Assembly (NCBI GenBank): GCA_000434835.1
Contig: FR881490.1
Coordinates: 16,592 to 37,511 of the forward strand
DNA length: 20,920 nt
Direction: 5' to 3'
Source of the DNA: Clostridium sp. CAG:594
GTDB taxonomy: Bacteria > Bacillota_I > Bacilli_A > RF39 > UBA660
A model generated the notes under the pieces. The model did no database searches. It was not told the origin of the DNA and saw nothing but the letters and a program-made list of their open reading frames with translations. A program made the translations under genes and the position numbers. Shown one piece after another: positions 1 through 7,923 of the stretch. Numbering within the stretch: position 1 is the stretch's first letter; the number at the start of each line of letters is the position of its first letter.

Positions 1-256
1 GTATATCAACACCTTCTGGTATATATACTTTATCAACGTCATATTTTTCTTTTAGTTCTTTTTGTTCATCATTTATATAATCTTCTAATTCTTCTTTATC
101 TTTAACGTTACCAACTACCTTACCGTCTAAGTATACTTTATATACCTCTTTTGGTTCTAATTGATATCTATGTGCTAAATTAACAAACATAACAATTAGT
201 ACTGAAACTAATACTGCCGCTAAATAAACTAACCCCGTTTTTATTACTTTCATCAT
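1..256 (-). CDS. Membrane-anchored protein of unknown function; only the N-terminal 85 codons are present (the 3' end lies beyond the window start)
   Basis: Absent from the ORF track because it runs off the edge. The reverse strand reads ATGATG at 256..251, then MMKVIKTGLVYLAAVLVSVLIVMFVNLAHRYQLEPKEVYKVYLDGKVVGNVKDKEELEDY... I checked every codon down to position 2 and found no in-frame stop. A hydrophobic signal-anchor is followed by a charged region. A GGTGA SD lies about 7 nt upstream, inside the dnaB 3' end. The start is 2 nt after the dnaB stop. Confidence 0.6.
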   Translation of the reverse strand, partial: MMKVIKTGLVYLAAVLVSVLIVMFVNLAHRYQLEPKEVYKVYLDGKVVGNVKDKEELEDYINDEQKELKEKYDVDKVYIPEGVDI

Positions 257-258
257 AT

Positions 259-1602
259 TTATTCACCACTTTCTCTTTGGAAATTAACAAATGTTGAAGT
301 ATCCTTTTTAAATAATAACTCAACAGTTGTAGTAGGACCACTTCTGTTCTTACCAATTATAAATTCACTAATACTTGCATTATCATCACGTCTTGCTTCT
401 TTATTATAATAATCATCTCTATATAAGAATGATACTATATCGGCATCCTGTTCTATTGAACCTGATTCACGCAAATCACTCATTATTGGTCTTTTATCTT
501 CTCTTTGTTCAACCGCACGAGAAAGCTGCGCTAATGCTATTACCGGAATTCCAAGCTCTAGAGCCATTGTTTTTAAATTACGTGATATATCAGATACTTC
601 TTGTTGTCTGTTTCCAGCTGATTTAGAAGGACCAGTTATTAACTGTAAGTAATCTATTACAACAAGCCCTAATCCCTTATCAGAATTAGCAAGTCTTCTA
701 CATTTACTTCTTATTTCACCTATTGTTATGCCAGGTGTATCATCTAAGAATAAATTTGTATCTGATAGTTGGCTAATTGCTTCATTTAATCTTTTCCAGT
801 CATTATGCTCTAAGCGTCCTGTACGCATTTTACCACCATCTATTTGTCCTAATGATTGTAATATTCTGTTTGCAAGTTGTTCTGCGCTCATTTCTAAGTT
901 AAATATTGCAACTGACTTATTGCTATGTGTTGCAGCATAAGTTGCTAAGTTAAGTGCAAACGCTGTTTTACCCATTGCTGGACGAGCAGCAATTATAATA
1001 AACTGACTTGGCTGAAGACCTGCAGTTAATTTATCAAACTCAGAAAAACCAGTTGCAAGACCAGTTATCTCTGAACCTTGTTCTGCTAATTTTTCTAGGT
1101 TTTCTTGAGCTCTATAAGCAACATCTTGAATTCTTTGAAATTCTGATGTCTTACGCATATTACCTATTCTAAGCATCTTCATTTCAGCATTTTCTAAAAC
1201 ATCATATATAGAATCTTCGGATGCATAAGCATCATTTGCAATATCTGTTGCAGTTTCTATGATTTTTCTTCCTATCATCTTTTCTTTTACAATGTTTATG
1301 TAATACTCAACATTTGATGCACTAGGTACAGAATCTATTATCTCTGATAAATATTCAACGTTACCAACCTGGCTTAATATTTTCTTTTCACTTAATTTAT
1401 TAGTAACTATCGTTATATCAATAGGTTTATCTTCATCATTTAATTCTTGTAACGTCTCAAAGATTTTTGCATTTGCTTCACTATAAAAATGTTCAGGTGA
1501 TAACTCATCACATATTTTTTGAAGCGCCGTTTTAGATAAAAAAGCAGAGCCTAACACAGCTTTTTCTGCCTCTTTAGATTGTGGTATATTTCTCTCTGCC
1601 AT
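259..1602 (-). CDS. dnaB: Replicative DNA helicase (DnaB family; called DnaC in Bacillus)
   Basis: 447 aa. Walker A is GKTAFALN in ...ARPAMGKTAFAL.... Also present: the typical N-terminal PQSKEAEKAVLGS motif and the C-terminal IIGKNRSGPTTTVEL motif. It follows rplI after a 13-nt gap with a GGAAGTGA SD. Confidence 0.95.
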   Translation of the reverse strand: MAERNIPQSKEAEKAVLGSAFLSKTALQKICDELSPEHFYSEANAKIFETLQELNDEDKPIDITIVTNKLSEKKILSQVGNVEYLSEIIDSVPSASNVEYYINIVKEKMIGRKIIETATDIANDAYASEDSIYDVLENAEMKMLRIGNMRKTSEFQRIQDVAYRAQENLEKLAEQGSEITGLATGFSEFDKLTAGLQPSQFIIIAARPAMGKTAFALNLATYAATHSNKSVAIFNLEMSAEQLANRILQSLGQIDGGKMRTGRLEHNDWKRLNEAISQLSDTNLFLDDTPGITIGEIRSKCRRLANSDKGLGLVVIDYLQLITGPSKSAGNRQQEVSDISRNLKTMALELGIPVIALAQLSRAVEQREDKRPIMSDLRESGSIEQDADIVSFLYRDDYYNKEARRDDNASISEFIIGKNRSGPTTTVELLFKKDTSTFVNFQRESGE

Positions 1603-1615
1603 TTTATCACTTCCT

Positions 1616-2056
1616 TTACTTTATAAGTTCTACCGTTACGATTCCAATAACATTCTTATGTAAATTTATCTTTACCTCATGATAACCTAAAGAACTAATT
1701 GCATCATCAAGTACTATTTTTTTCTTATCTATTTTATATCCTATTTTTTCTAATTCATTAGCTATTTGTTTTGTTGAAATAGTACCAAATACTTGGTCTT
1801 GTTTACCAGTTTTAACCTTAAACGTTAAAACCCTGTCTTTTAATTCTTTTTTTATTTTTTCACATCTTTTTATTTCAGCTTGTTCTTCTAAAGCTTTATT
1901 TTTATTATTTATGTCTAATATTTCTCTACTTCTTTTGGTATATGCAACTGCATATCCATTTTTTATAAGAAAATTTTCTCCATACCCATCTTTTACTTCT
2001 TTTATATCTCCAGCCTTTCCTTGGCCTTTAACATCTTTTATAAATATAACTTTCAT
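1616..2056 (-). CDS. rplI: 50S ribosomal protein L9
   Basis: 146 aa. MKVIFIKDVKGQGKAGDIKEVKDGYGENFLIKNGYA is the canonical L9 N-terminus. rplI-dnaB synteny is conserved. Confidence 0.95.
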   Translation of the reverse strand: MKVIFIKDVKGQGKAGDIKEVKDGYGENFLIKNGYAVAYTKRSREILDINNKNKALEEQAEIKRCEKIKKELKDRVLTFKVKTGKQDQVFGTISTKQIANELEKIGYKIDKKKIVLDDAISSLGYHEVKINLHKNVIGIVTVELIK

Positions 2057-2092
2057 AATTAGTCCTGCCTTTCTAATTAATCTTGCGTATTT

Positions 2093-2101
2093 ATTATAAC
2101 A
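2093..2101 (-). promoter_or_regulatory. Extended -10 promoter candidate for rplI-dnaB (TGTTATAAT); weak -35 (TTTTAA)
   Basis: The minus strand reads ...AAGTATGTTATAATAAATAC.... The site lies between the rpsR terminator and the rplI SD. Confidence 0.5.
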
Positions 2102-2117
2102 TACTTATTAATTATTT

Positions 2118-2152
2118 AAAAGAAAAGAAAGCATACATAAAGTATACTTTCT
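2118..2152 (-). terminator. Intrinsic terminator downstream of rpsR
   Basis: Minus-strand RNA: AGAAAGUAUAC-UUUAU-GUAUGCUUUCU, an 11-bp stem with one G.U pair, followed by UUUCUUUU. It starts 5 nt after the rpsR stop. Confidence 0.75.
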
Positions 2153-2157
2153 ATTAA

Positions 2158-2373
2158 TTACTTTGTAAATGGAAGTAATGCTATCATTCTAGCTCTTTTT
2201 ACTTGTTGTGCAATATGTCTTTGGTGCTTAGAGCAAGCTCCTGTTACTCTTCTTGGTAAAATTTTACCCTTTTCATTTATATATTTTCTTAAAATTTCAG
2301 GATCTTTATAATCTACGCTTTTACCAGCACACATTTGACAAATTTTCTTTTTCTTTCTATAAAATTCTGCCAT
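2158..2373 (-). CDS. rpsR: 30S ribosomal protein S18
   Basis: 71 aa. The ...[49 protein letters not shown] pattern is typical of S18. GGAGGAA SD. rpsF-ssb-rpsR synteny. Confidence 0.95.
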   Translation of the reverse strand: MAEFYRKKKKICQMCAGKSVDYKDPEILRKYINEKGKILPRRVTGACSKHQRHIAQQVKRARMIALLPFTK

Positions 2374-2400
2374 TGTTAATTCCTCCTTATTAATATTTTA

Positions 2401-2883
2401 TTAGAATGCTATATCGTCATCTGATATTTCAATACTACTACCAAAATCTGCAAAAACATCATCAGAAACATTAGTTTCCTTTGTACCTTGGATAGGCTTA
2501 TCTGTTTGGAAATCAGCAGGTGAAACATTATCATCACCTGTACTATTTGAAATGGTATTACCAGAATTTCTTGAATCAAGGAATTGAACACGGTCTGCTA
2601 CTACTTCTGTAACATAAACACGTTTTCCATCTTTATCTTCATAATTTCTTGTTTGTATTCTTCCGTCTACTGCAACTAAAGAACCTTTACCAACGTATTT
2701 TTTAATATTTTCAGCTTGTTTTTGGAAAGCTACTATATTAATAAAATCTGTTTCTCTTTGGCCTTGTCCATTAGTATATTGTCTATCTATTGCGATAGAA
2801 AAATTTGCTATTGCAGCATTACTAGATGAATATCTTAATTCTGGATCCCTAGTTAGTCTTCCGATTAAAAATGCTTTATTCAT
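2401..2883 (-). CDS. ssb: Single-stranded DNA-binding protein
   Basis: 160 aa. The OB-fold N-terminus is MNKAFLIGRLTRDPELRY. A Gly/Asn/Ser/Asp-rich linker follows, then an acidic tail SDDDIAF (canonical is DDDLPF). Confidence 0.95.
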   Translation of the reverse strand: MNKAFLIGRLTRDPELRYSSSNAAIANFSIAIDRQYTNGQGQRETDFINIVAFQKQAENIKKYVGKGSLVAVDGRIQTRNYEDKDGKRVYVTEVVADRVQFLDSRNSGNTISNSTGDDNVSPADFQTDKPIQGTKETNVSDDVFADFGSSIEISDDDIAF

Positions 2884-2905
2884 TTTGTTTCCTCAGCTTT
2901 CTTTT

Positions 2906-3190
2906 TTAGTCTTCTTTTACTATTAAATGACGTATTACATCTTCGCTTATTAAAGCTAAACGATCAAATTCGTTAATAGCTTTTGCGTCATTAGCTTCTA
3001 AATTAATTAAGAAATAATAACCAGTTTTATGACCGTTTATTTCATAAGCTAATTCTTTTTGACCTAAGTCTTTTAAAGATGTTACTTTAGCTCCGTTATC
3101 TGTTAAAACTTTTTCAAACTTTTTAGCAACTTCTTTAGTAGCTGCTTCTTCAAGGTTTGGTTTAACAATGAACATGATTTCGTATTTCAT
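2906..3190 (-). CDS. rpsF: 30S ribosomal protein S6
   Basis: The ORF track gives 2906..3259. The S6 sequence starts at MKYEIMFIVKPN (ATG at 3190) and is preceded by GGAGGAAAATAAA. The 23-codon upstream extension lies in the structured leader. Confidence 0.9.
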   Translation of the reverse strand: MKYEIMFIVKPNLEEAATKEVAKKFEKVLTDNGAKVTSLKDLGQKELAYEINGHKTGYYFLINLEANDAKAINEFDRLALISEDVIRHLIVKED

Positions 3191-3265
3191 TTTATTTTCC
3201 TCCTCTTCTGGTCTTATCGGTCTTTCATCCTTTTGTGAAAGACAAGAGAGCAATTTCATTACTCG
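3191..3265 (-). promoter_or_regulatory. Structured 5' leader of the rpsF-ssb-rpsR operon; candidate S6:S18 autoregulatory leader
   Basis: About 75 nt lie between the predicted TSS and the ATG. There is a perfect 8-bp hairpin GUCUUUCA-CAAAAGGA-UGAAAGAC (3220..3243). A second hairpin is GAGUAA-UGAAA-UUGCUC. A CUCUCUU tract could pair with the AAGAGGAGG SD region. Confidence 0.4.
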
Positions 3266-3271
3266 CCTTGT

Positions 3272-3300
3272 ATTATAACAAAAAAGAAGATTATTGTAAA
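3272..3300 (-). promoter_or_regulatory. Sigma-A-type promoter for rpsF operon: TTTACA-17 nt-TATAAT with TG extension
   Basis: -35 at 3295..3300 and -10 at 3272..3277 (minus strand: TTTACAATAATCTTCTTTTTTGTTATAAT). The -35 is embedded in the ychF terminator hairpin. Confidence 0.65.
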
Positions 3301-3307
3301 CCTTCTT
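3278..3307 (-). terminator. Intrinsic terminator downstream of ychF
   Basis: RNA: AAGAAGGUU-UACAAU-AAUCUUCUU, 9 bp with one G.U pair, then UUUUGU. Confidence 0.65.
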
Positions 3308-3329
3308 TTATAAATTATATTCGTCTATT

Positions 3330-4427
3330 TTAGTTATTAAACCTAAACAAGCAAACATCTCCATCTTGCATAACGTATTCTTTTCCTTCACTCCTTAATT
3401 TACCTGCTTCTTTTGCACCTTTTTCACCTTTGTACTTTTTATAATCATCAAAAGATATTACTTCAGCTCTTATAAAGCCTTTTTCAAAATCACTATGGAT
3501 AATTCCTGCACAAGCTGGAGCTTTCATACCTTTTTTAAAGGTCCAAGCCCTAACTTCTTTAGGTCCAGCAGTAAAATATGTTTGAAGTCCTAATAAGTGA
3601 TAAGATGCCCTAATTAATTTATCAAGACCACTTTCTTCTATTCCTAAATCATTTAAAAACGCCTTTTTTTCTTCATCTTCAAAACCACTTAATTCTTCTT
3701 CTATTTTTGCACATAAAACAATTACCTCTGCATTATCCTTATTTGCATGATCTTTTAAATCTTTTACATAACTATTTTCTTTTCCTATTTCATCTTCTTT
3801 TATATTTGCAACGTAAATAATAGGCTTCATAGTAAGTAAATTAAAAGCTTTTAAAATTTTTAAATCATCTTCAGTATATTCTAGTTTTCTAGCAGGAATA
3901 TTATTTTCTAATGCTTCTTTTATTCTTTTTAAGAGTTCTACTTCTTTTAAAGCATCTTTATCTTTTGTTGATACTGCTTTTTTTTCTATTTTTCCTAATC
4001 TTGTATCAACAACTTCTAAATCACAGAAAATAAATTCAACATCAATTATCTCCGTATCACGAAGAGGATTTGCACCGCCTTCTACGTGAGTTATGTTTGA
4101 ATCATCAAAGCATCTTACAACTTCTACTATTGCATCTACTTCCCTTATATGTGATAAAAACTTATTTCCAAGACCTTCACCATGAGACGCTCCCTTAACT
4201 AATCCTGCAATATCAGTAAATTCAAACGTTGTTGGAACTAAGCTTTTAGGTTCTATTAACTCATTTAAAAAGTCTAATCTTTCATCTGGTACAGTTACCA
4301 TTCCAACGTTTGGTTCTATGGTTGCAAACGGATAGTTAGCTGCTAAAATATTTTTCTTTGTAATTGCGTTAAATAAAGTAGATTTTCCTACGTTAGGTAG
4401 TCCTACTATACCTGCTCGAAGTGGCAT
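3330..4427 (-). CDS. ychF: Redox-regulated ATPase YchF (Obg-family GTPase/ATPase)
   Basis: The true start is MPLRAGIVGLPNVGKSTLFNA (ATG at 4427, AGGA SD), giving 365 aa. The track's 23-codon extension to 4496 overlaps the predicted promoter. The C-terminal TGS-like FIRAEVISFDD...MQDGDVCLFRFN is typical. Confidence 0.93.
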   Translation of the reverse strand: MPLRAGIVGLPNVGKSTLFNAITKKNILAANYPFATIEPNVGMVTVPDERLDFLNELIEPKSLVPTTFEFTDIAGLVKGASHGEGLGNKFLSHIREVDAIVEVVRCFDDSNITHVEGGANPLRDTEIIDVEFIFCDLEVVDTRLGKIEKKAVSTKDKDALKEVELLKRIKEALENNIPARKLEYTEDDLKILKAFNLLTMKPIIYVANIKEDEIGKENSYVKDLKDHANKDNAEVIVLCAKIEEELSGFEDEEKKAFLNDLGIEESGLDKLIRASYHLLGLQTYFTAGPKEVRAWTFKKGMKAPACAGIIHSDFEKGFIRAEVISFDDYKKYKGEKGAKEAGKLRSEGKEYVMQDGDVCLFRFNN

Positions 4428-4451
4428 AAAATCACATCCTTTGTACTCTGT

Positions 4452-4480
4452 ATTATAACATTTAGAAATAAATATGTAAA
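4452..4480 (-). promoter_or_regulatory. Sigma-A-type promoter for ychF: TTTACA-17 nt-TATAAT with TG extension
   Basis: The minus strand reads TTTACATATTTATTTCTAAATGTTATAATACAG. -35 at 4475..4480 and -10 at 4452..4457. Confidence 0.65.
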
Positions 4481-4509
4481 TTAAAAGATAAAACAATTAA
4501 GTTTTATCT
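4478..4509 (-). terminator. Intrinsic terminator downstream of the 177-aa gene
   Basis: Perfect 9-bp stem AGAUAAAAC-UUAAUU-GUUUUAUCU, followed by UUUAAUUU. The stem abuts the stop codon. Confidence 0.7.
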
Positions 4510-5042
4510 TACATAGTATTTTGGTGAGATGTGGTTTCTTTTTGTGAAGACTTTTCTGCATCACTATACATAGTTTTTACCAATTTTTTTGTATATCCAT
4601 AATTAAATGGAACAACACTATAATTATTTGATGCAAGCTCACCGTTTCTTACGTATGTTGCACCCATCTCTTCCAAGGAATATTGAGCAAAATCTCCATA
4701 ACCCTTTAATTTTCCATTGTAAACATTTACAAAGCCAGATAAAATTTGATTAGCATATTTTATTTTATCTTTATCAAATATTTCTGATAATAAAGAATTA
4801 GATTTATCATATAATTTTGTTATATTATCAATTGGTATATAAATATAATCATTCAAGTTGTCATCAACTCTTTCAAATTTTATTTTTAAAATAGACTCAT
4901 AACCTGAAACAACATCAGTTGCAACAAACGCTCCTGATGGAACTATGTCACTTGAAGTTCCGTAAGATAACACCAATCCTAAATCTAAATTTATACGATT
5001 TATTATTTCCTTTTTCTTTTCTTCTAACATATTGTCTCTCAT
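4509..5042 (-). CDS. Hypothetical cytoplasmic protein, 177 aa; no recognisable family
   Basis: Strong GAGGTGAAAAA-ATG SD. It has its own promoter and terminator. There is no TM segment or signal peptide, and I recognise no motif (MRDNMLEEKKKEIINRINLDLGLVLSYGTSSDIVPSG...). Confidence 0.7.
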   Translation of the reverse strand: MRDNMLEEKKKEIINRINLDLGLVLSYGTSSDIVPSGAFVATDVVSGYESILKIKFERVDDNLNDYIYIPIDNITKLYDKSNSLLSEIFDKDKIKYANQILSGFVNVYNGKLKGYGDFAQYSLEEMGATYVRNGELASNNYSVVPFNYGYTKKLVKTMYSDAEKSSQKETTSHQNTM

Positions 5043-5072
5043 TTTTTCACCTCTAAATAAAATATGCGTATT

Positions 5073-5101
5073 ATACTATCACAAGTTGTTTGTATAATCA
5101 A
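5073..5101 (-). promoter_or_regulatory. Promoter candidate for the 177-aa gene: TTGATT-17 nt-TAGTAT with TG extension
   Basis: The minus strand reads TTGATTATACAAACAACTTGTGATAGTATAAT. -35 at 5096..5101 and -10 at 5073..5078. Confidence 0.5.
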
Positions 5102-5126
5102 GAAAAAAAGATGATTACTCATCTTT
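5102..5126 (-). terminator. Intrinsic terminator downstream of the 320-aa gene
   Basis: Perfect 8-bp stem AAAGAUGA-GUAA-UCAUCUUU, then UUUUC. It overlaps the stop codon. Confidence 0.75.
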
Positions 5127-6088
5127 TATGAAGCCTTTCTTCTTTCCCAAGGTGCTTTTTTTCTCATTGATGTACCCTTTTCGTTTTCATTTTCTAATTT
5201 GTTTTCATTTTCTTTATTATCATTTTCTTTTTGAACATCATCGCCTGCTTGACCACCTATTTCTTTTTCTTTATTATCTATTTTTAAATTTTCAAGTTCA
5301 TATTTTCCATCAGAATTCTTAGTAACAGCCATTATTTCATCTTTAGTAGGCTCATTTTCTGTACATAAAATAACAATGTTTTCTTCTGGAGATATAAATA
5401 TATTTTTATTAAGCATAATAACTAATCTATCAACCGGCATCTTACTTAGTTCTTCTTTTGAAACATTACCTTGTTTTGCAAGTTCATTTATAATAGAGCT
5501 AACAAGTCCAATAACACATTCTTTTTCTTTATATGTTAATTTAGAAAACTCTCCTCTTCTTGCAATATCAGTTACATTATGAAGTTTAACTTCTATTCTA
5601 TCAGGCTCTATATAATCTTTTGAAACATCTACCGAACTTACAAATCCATCTACGCTTACTAGTCCATCTTTATCTTTAGCAGCTTCAAAAAGTTCTTTTG
5701 CACTTTTTCCAGAATAATTTTCTACAACTTTAACTTCATCTGATGGATATGGATAGTGAATTTTTATTAAATCCTTAGTTTTCATTTGATTTTGAAAATC
5801 ATCCACGTTATCAATTGATATTTTGTTTTCTTGTGGTGCCTTTTGGGCCTTTGCTTTAGTTAATTTCTTTTCTATTTCTTCCCTGGTTAAATTTTTTATT
5901 TCATAAAATATTTCTTTTATATCTCTACTATCTTTTTCGTATAATTCTTGTAGTTTCTTTGCTTCATCATCGTTTATTAAACGTTTGTTTTTTAACTCTT
6001 CTAACGCATAACTTATAGCCTGTCTTTTAAATTCTAAAGGATTATTTTCTTTTTTAGCATTATCAAAATTGTAACTATTGTTATTCAT
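5126..6088 (-). CDS. Hypothetical protein, 320 aa; Lys/Glu-rich helical N-terminus, acidic Asn/Glu low-complexity tail and basic C-terminus; no recognisable family
   Basis: The track gives 5126..6130. The ATG at 6088 (MNNNSYNFDN...) is preceded by AGGAAGGTG-CATATT, whereas the upstream start has no SD and overlaps the predicted -10. The C-terminus is ...QKENDNKENENKLENENEKGTSMRKKAPWERRKAS. Confidence 0.7.
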   Translation of the reverse strand: MNNNSYNFDNAKKENNPLEFKRQAISYALEELKNKRLINDDEAKKLQELYEKDSRDIKEIFYEIKNLTREEIEKKLTKAKAQKAPQENKISIDNVDDFQNQMKTKDLIKIHYPYPSDEVKVVENYSGKSAKELFEAAKDKDGLVSVDGFVSSVDVSKDYIEPDRIEVKLHNVTDIARRGEFSKLTYKEKECVIGLVSSIINELAKQGNVSKEELSKMPVDRLVIMLNKNIFISPEENIVILCTENEPTKDEIMAVTKNSDGKYELENLKIDNKEKEIGGQAGDDVQKENDNKENENKLENENEKGTSMRKKAPWERRKAS

Positions 6089-6110
6089 AATATGCACCTT
6101 CCTACTTTTA

Positions 6111-6138
6111 ATTATATATAATTTAAACATTTATTCAA
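6111..6138 (-). promoter_or_regulatory. Promoter candidate for the 320-aa gene: TTGAAT-16 nt-TATAAT
   Basis: The minus strand reads TTGAATAAATGTTTAAATTATATATAAT. -35 at 6133..6138 and -10 at 6111..6116. Confidence 0.5.
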
Positions 6139-6161
6139 ATAAAATAAGTTTTCTATGTAAA

Positions 6162-6190
6162 GAAAAAAGTAAAGAGTTAAAATCTTTACT
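6162..6190 (-). terminator. Intrinsic terminator downstream of abgT (end of the parA...abgT transcription unit)
   Basis: Perfect 8-bp stem AGUAAAGA-UUUUAAC-UCUUUACU, then UUUUUC. It sits immediately after the stop codon. Confidence 0.75.
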
Positions 6191-7732
6191 TTATAATCCA
6201 GGATATACGCCAGGTCCTATTGGTAATCCTATTACATACCAACATATAATCATAAGTAACCATACTAAGCCTATTGCTAAGAAGTATGGAAGTACTGCTC
6301 TATAACATCCTTTTATACTAAATTCATTCTTATTTTTAGTAAATACTTCAATAAATCCAATAAATATTACAAAATAAGTAAATAATGGAGTTATTACGTT
6401 TGTTGCTGATTCACCTGCTCTAAACACTAATTGAGCAAATTCTGGTGTTATATTAGCTTTCATAACAGTTGGCATTATGTTAGGTGCTAAAATAGCCCAT
6501 TTTGCTATTGAACCAGGTAATAATATGTTAGATACACCAGCAAATACAAATATTAAAAGTACAAGTGGTATAAATGAGAAGTTAGATGTTGCAATAAGAT
6601 TAGATAGCCAACCTGTTACAACAACACCGATATTTGACTCTGTAACAAGTGCATTTAATTGTGCTGCAAAAAATATTAATACAAATATTCCCCCTACTGT
6701 TTTTAAATAATCAGTAGAGAAATTAACCATATCTCTAATTTTCTTTATTGTTCCTGCTACTACTCCAAAAACAAAGCCTTGAAGTGCAAATAAAAATGAA
6801 ATTATACCTACCATGTTAGTCATCAAAAGTGCATCTGATGAAAATAACATCTTAGAATATACATCTTGTGATTTATCTAATAATAAACCTAAGAAGCTAT
6901 TACCACTTACTGGTATTAACATTAATATAATAGGAATTAAACATATTATTGTTGCAATTAAAGAAGCAATAAGACCTTTATTTTCTTTTGATTCTTCAAG
7001 TACTAATTCCTCATCTTCTTCTAATTGATTTCTACCCAATTTTCTAGATACTATCTTTTCTGTTATAAACGTACATATTGCTGCAATAAACAATGCTGCA
7101 ACTATTATAAATATTAGGTTGCTACTTTGTAATACACTATACTCTGTATCCATCAATTTTGCAGATGCCTCAGTATAACTAGTTAAATTATAATCAAGTG
7201 CCGTTATAAATAAACCTGCCCCATGTCCTGCCGCTATTGATGCAAATGAAAGAGCAAGACCTCCTATCGGATTTCTATTCATAGACATAAATAGAACTGC
7301 TCCAAATGGAAGTAATAAAACATATCCAAAATTATTATCAACACTCGCTAATATACAAATCAAAGAAAATACGAATATTATCAAAAATTTTGGAATTTTT
7401 TTATTCAATTTATTACATAAAGATTTTAAAAATCCAGACTTAAGAGCTATACCAAAAGCTATTGATGCTATTAACATTGAACCAAACGGAACAAAGTTAA
7501 TTAAATTATCATAAGCAGATGTCATAATAAACTTTATCCCATCTAGGCTAAGTAGTGAGTTTACAGCCGTTGTTTTAGATTCAACTTCTCCTGCTATTGT
7601 AGTTAATTGATCATATGTCACTTGAAAGTTTAAAGCACTTGCTATGGCACTTACAATAACAACCAACAAAGACATATAAATAAAGAACATGACTGGATGA
7701 GATGATCTTTTTAATTTCTTAGGATTTATCAT
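6191..7732 (-). CDS. abgT: AbgT-family transporter (p-aminobenzoyl-glutamate / antimetabolite transporter family)
   Basis: 513 aa and polytopic. The N-terminal pattern ...HPVMFFIY...SLLSLDGIKFIMTSAYDNLINFVPFGSMLIA matches the AbgT signature (HPV, SLLS-DG, NF--F-P-G). Its start overlaps the DUF951 stop (ATGA). Confidence 0.8.
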   Translation of the reverse strand: MINPKKLKRSSHPVMFFIYMSLLVVIVSAIASALNFQVTYDQLTTIAGEVESKTTAVNSLLSLDGIKFIMTSAYDNLINFVPFGSMLIASIAFGIALKSGFLKSLCNKLNKKIPKFLIIFVFSLICILASVDNNFGYVLLLPFGAVLFMSMNRNPIGGLALSFASIAAGHGAGLFITALDYNLTSYTEASAKLMDTEYSVLQSSNLIFIIVAALFIAAICTFITEKIVSRKLGRNQLEEDEELVLEESKENKGLIASLIATIICLIPIILMLIPVSGNSFLGLLLDKSQDVYSKMLFSSDALLMTNMVGIISFLFALQGFVFGVVAGTIKKIRDMVNFSTDYLKTVGGIFVLIFFAAQLNALVTESNIGVVVTGWLSNLIATSNFSFIPLVLLIFVFAGVSNILLPGSIAKWAILAPNIMPTVMKANITPEFAQLVFRAGESATNVITPLFTYFVIFIGFIEVFTKNKNEFSIKGCYRAVLPYFLAIGLVWLLMIICWYVIGLPIGPGVYPGL

Positions 7733-7923
7733 TCTATCGCCTCCGTTAATACCTTTTTAATCTTTTTATTAAATTCTACCCTAGGTAGCATTATTGTTCT
7801 TCCGCAGTTAGTGCATTCTATTTTTATATCAACACCAACTCTTATTACCTTAAATGTATCACAACCACAAGGATGCATCTTTTTCATTTGAACTATACTA
7901 TTTAATCCATAATTATTTTTCAT
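7729..7923 (-). CDS. DUF951-family small zinc-ribbon-like protein
   Basis: 64 aa. The MKKMHPCGCDTFKVIRVGVDIKIECTNCGRTIMLPRVEFNKKIKK pattern, with HPCG...C..C, is typical of the DUF951 proteins found near spo0J in Firmicutes. GAGG SD. It overlaps the mscS stop by 11 nt. Confidence 0.8.
   Translation of the reverse strand: MKNNYGLNSIVQMKKMHPCGCDTFKVIRVGVDIKIECTNCGRTIMLPRVEFNKKIKKVLTEAIE

Noticed and set aside
375-940. Plus-strand ORFs 375..626 and 728..940, antisense to dnaB
   Set aside because: They lie entirely inside a well-supported helicase gene on the other strand. Their composition is Leu/Phe/Ile/Tyr-rich, typical of antisense frames in AT-rich DNA, and they have no SD. The same reasoning applies to all other plus-strand track ORFs except 18055..18375. 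That includes 1911..2099, 5128..5582, 6078..7028, 8559..9066, 11274..11486, 11916..12125, 13560..13751, 15115..16661 and 19778..19981.
2409-2591. 60-aa minus-strand ORF in an alternative frame inside ssb
   Set aside because: It is fully embedded in the ssb coding sequence and has no SD. It is a low-complexity product of the repetitive linker region.
3191-3259. N-terminal extensions of track ORFs for rpsF (to 3259), ychF (to 4496), the 320-aa gene (to 6130), whiA (to 11470), the ArpU-like gene (to 14197), uvrA (to 17188) and parA (to 10440)
   Set aside because: In each case the conserved protein N-terminus begins at a downstream start with a good SD. The extension overlaps that gene's own predicted promoter, leader or SD.
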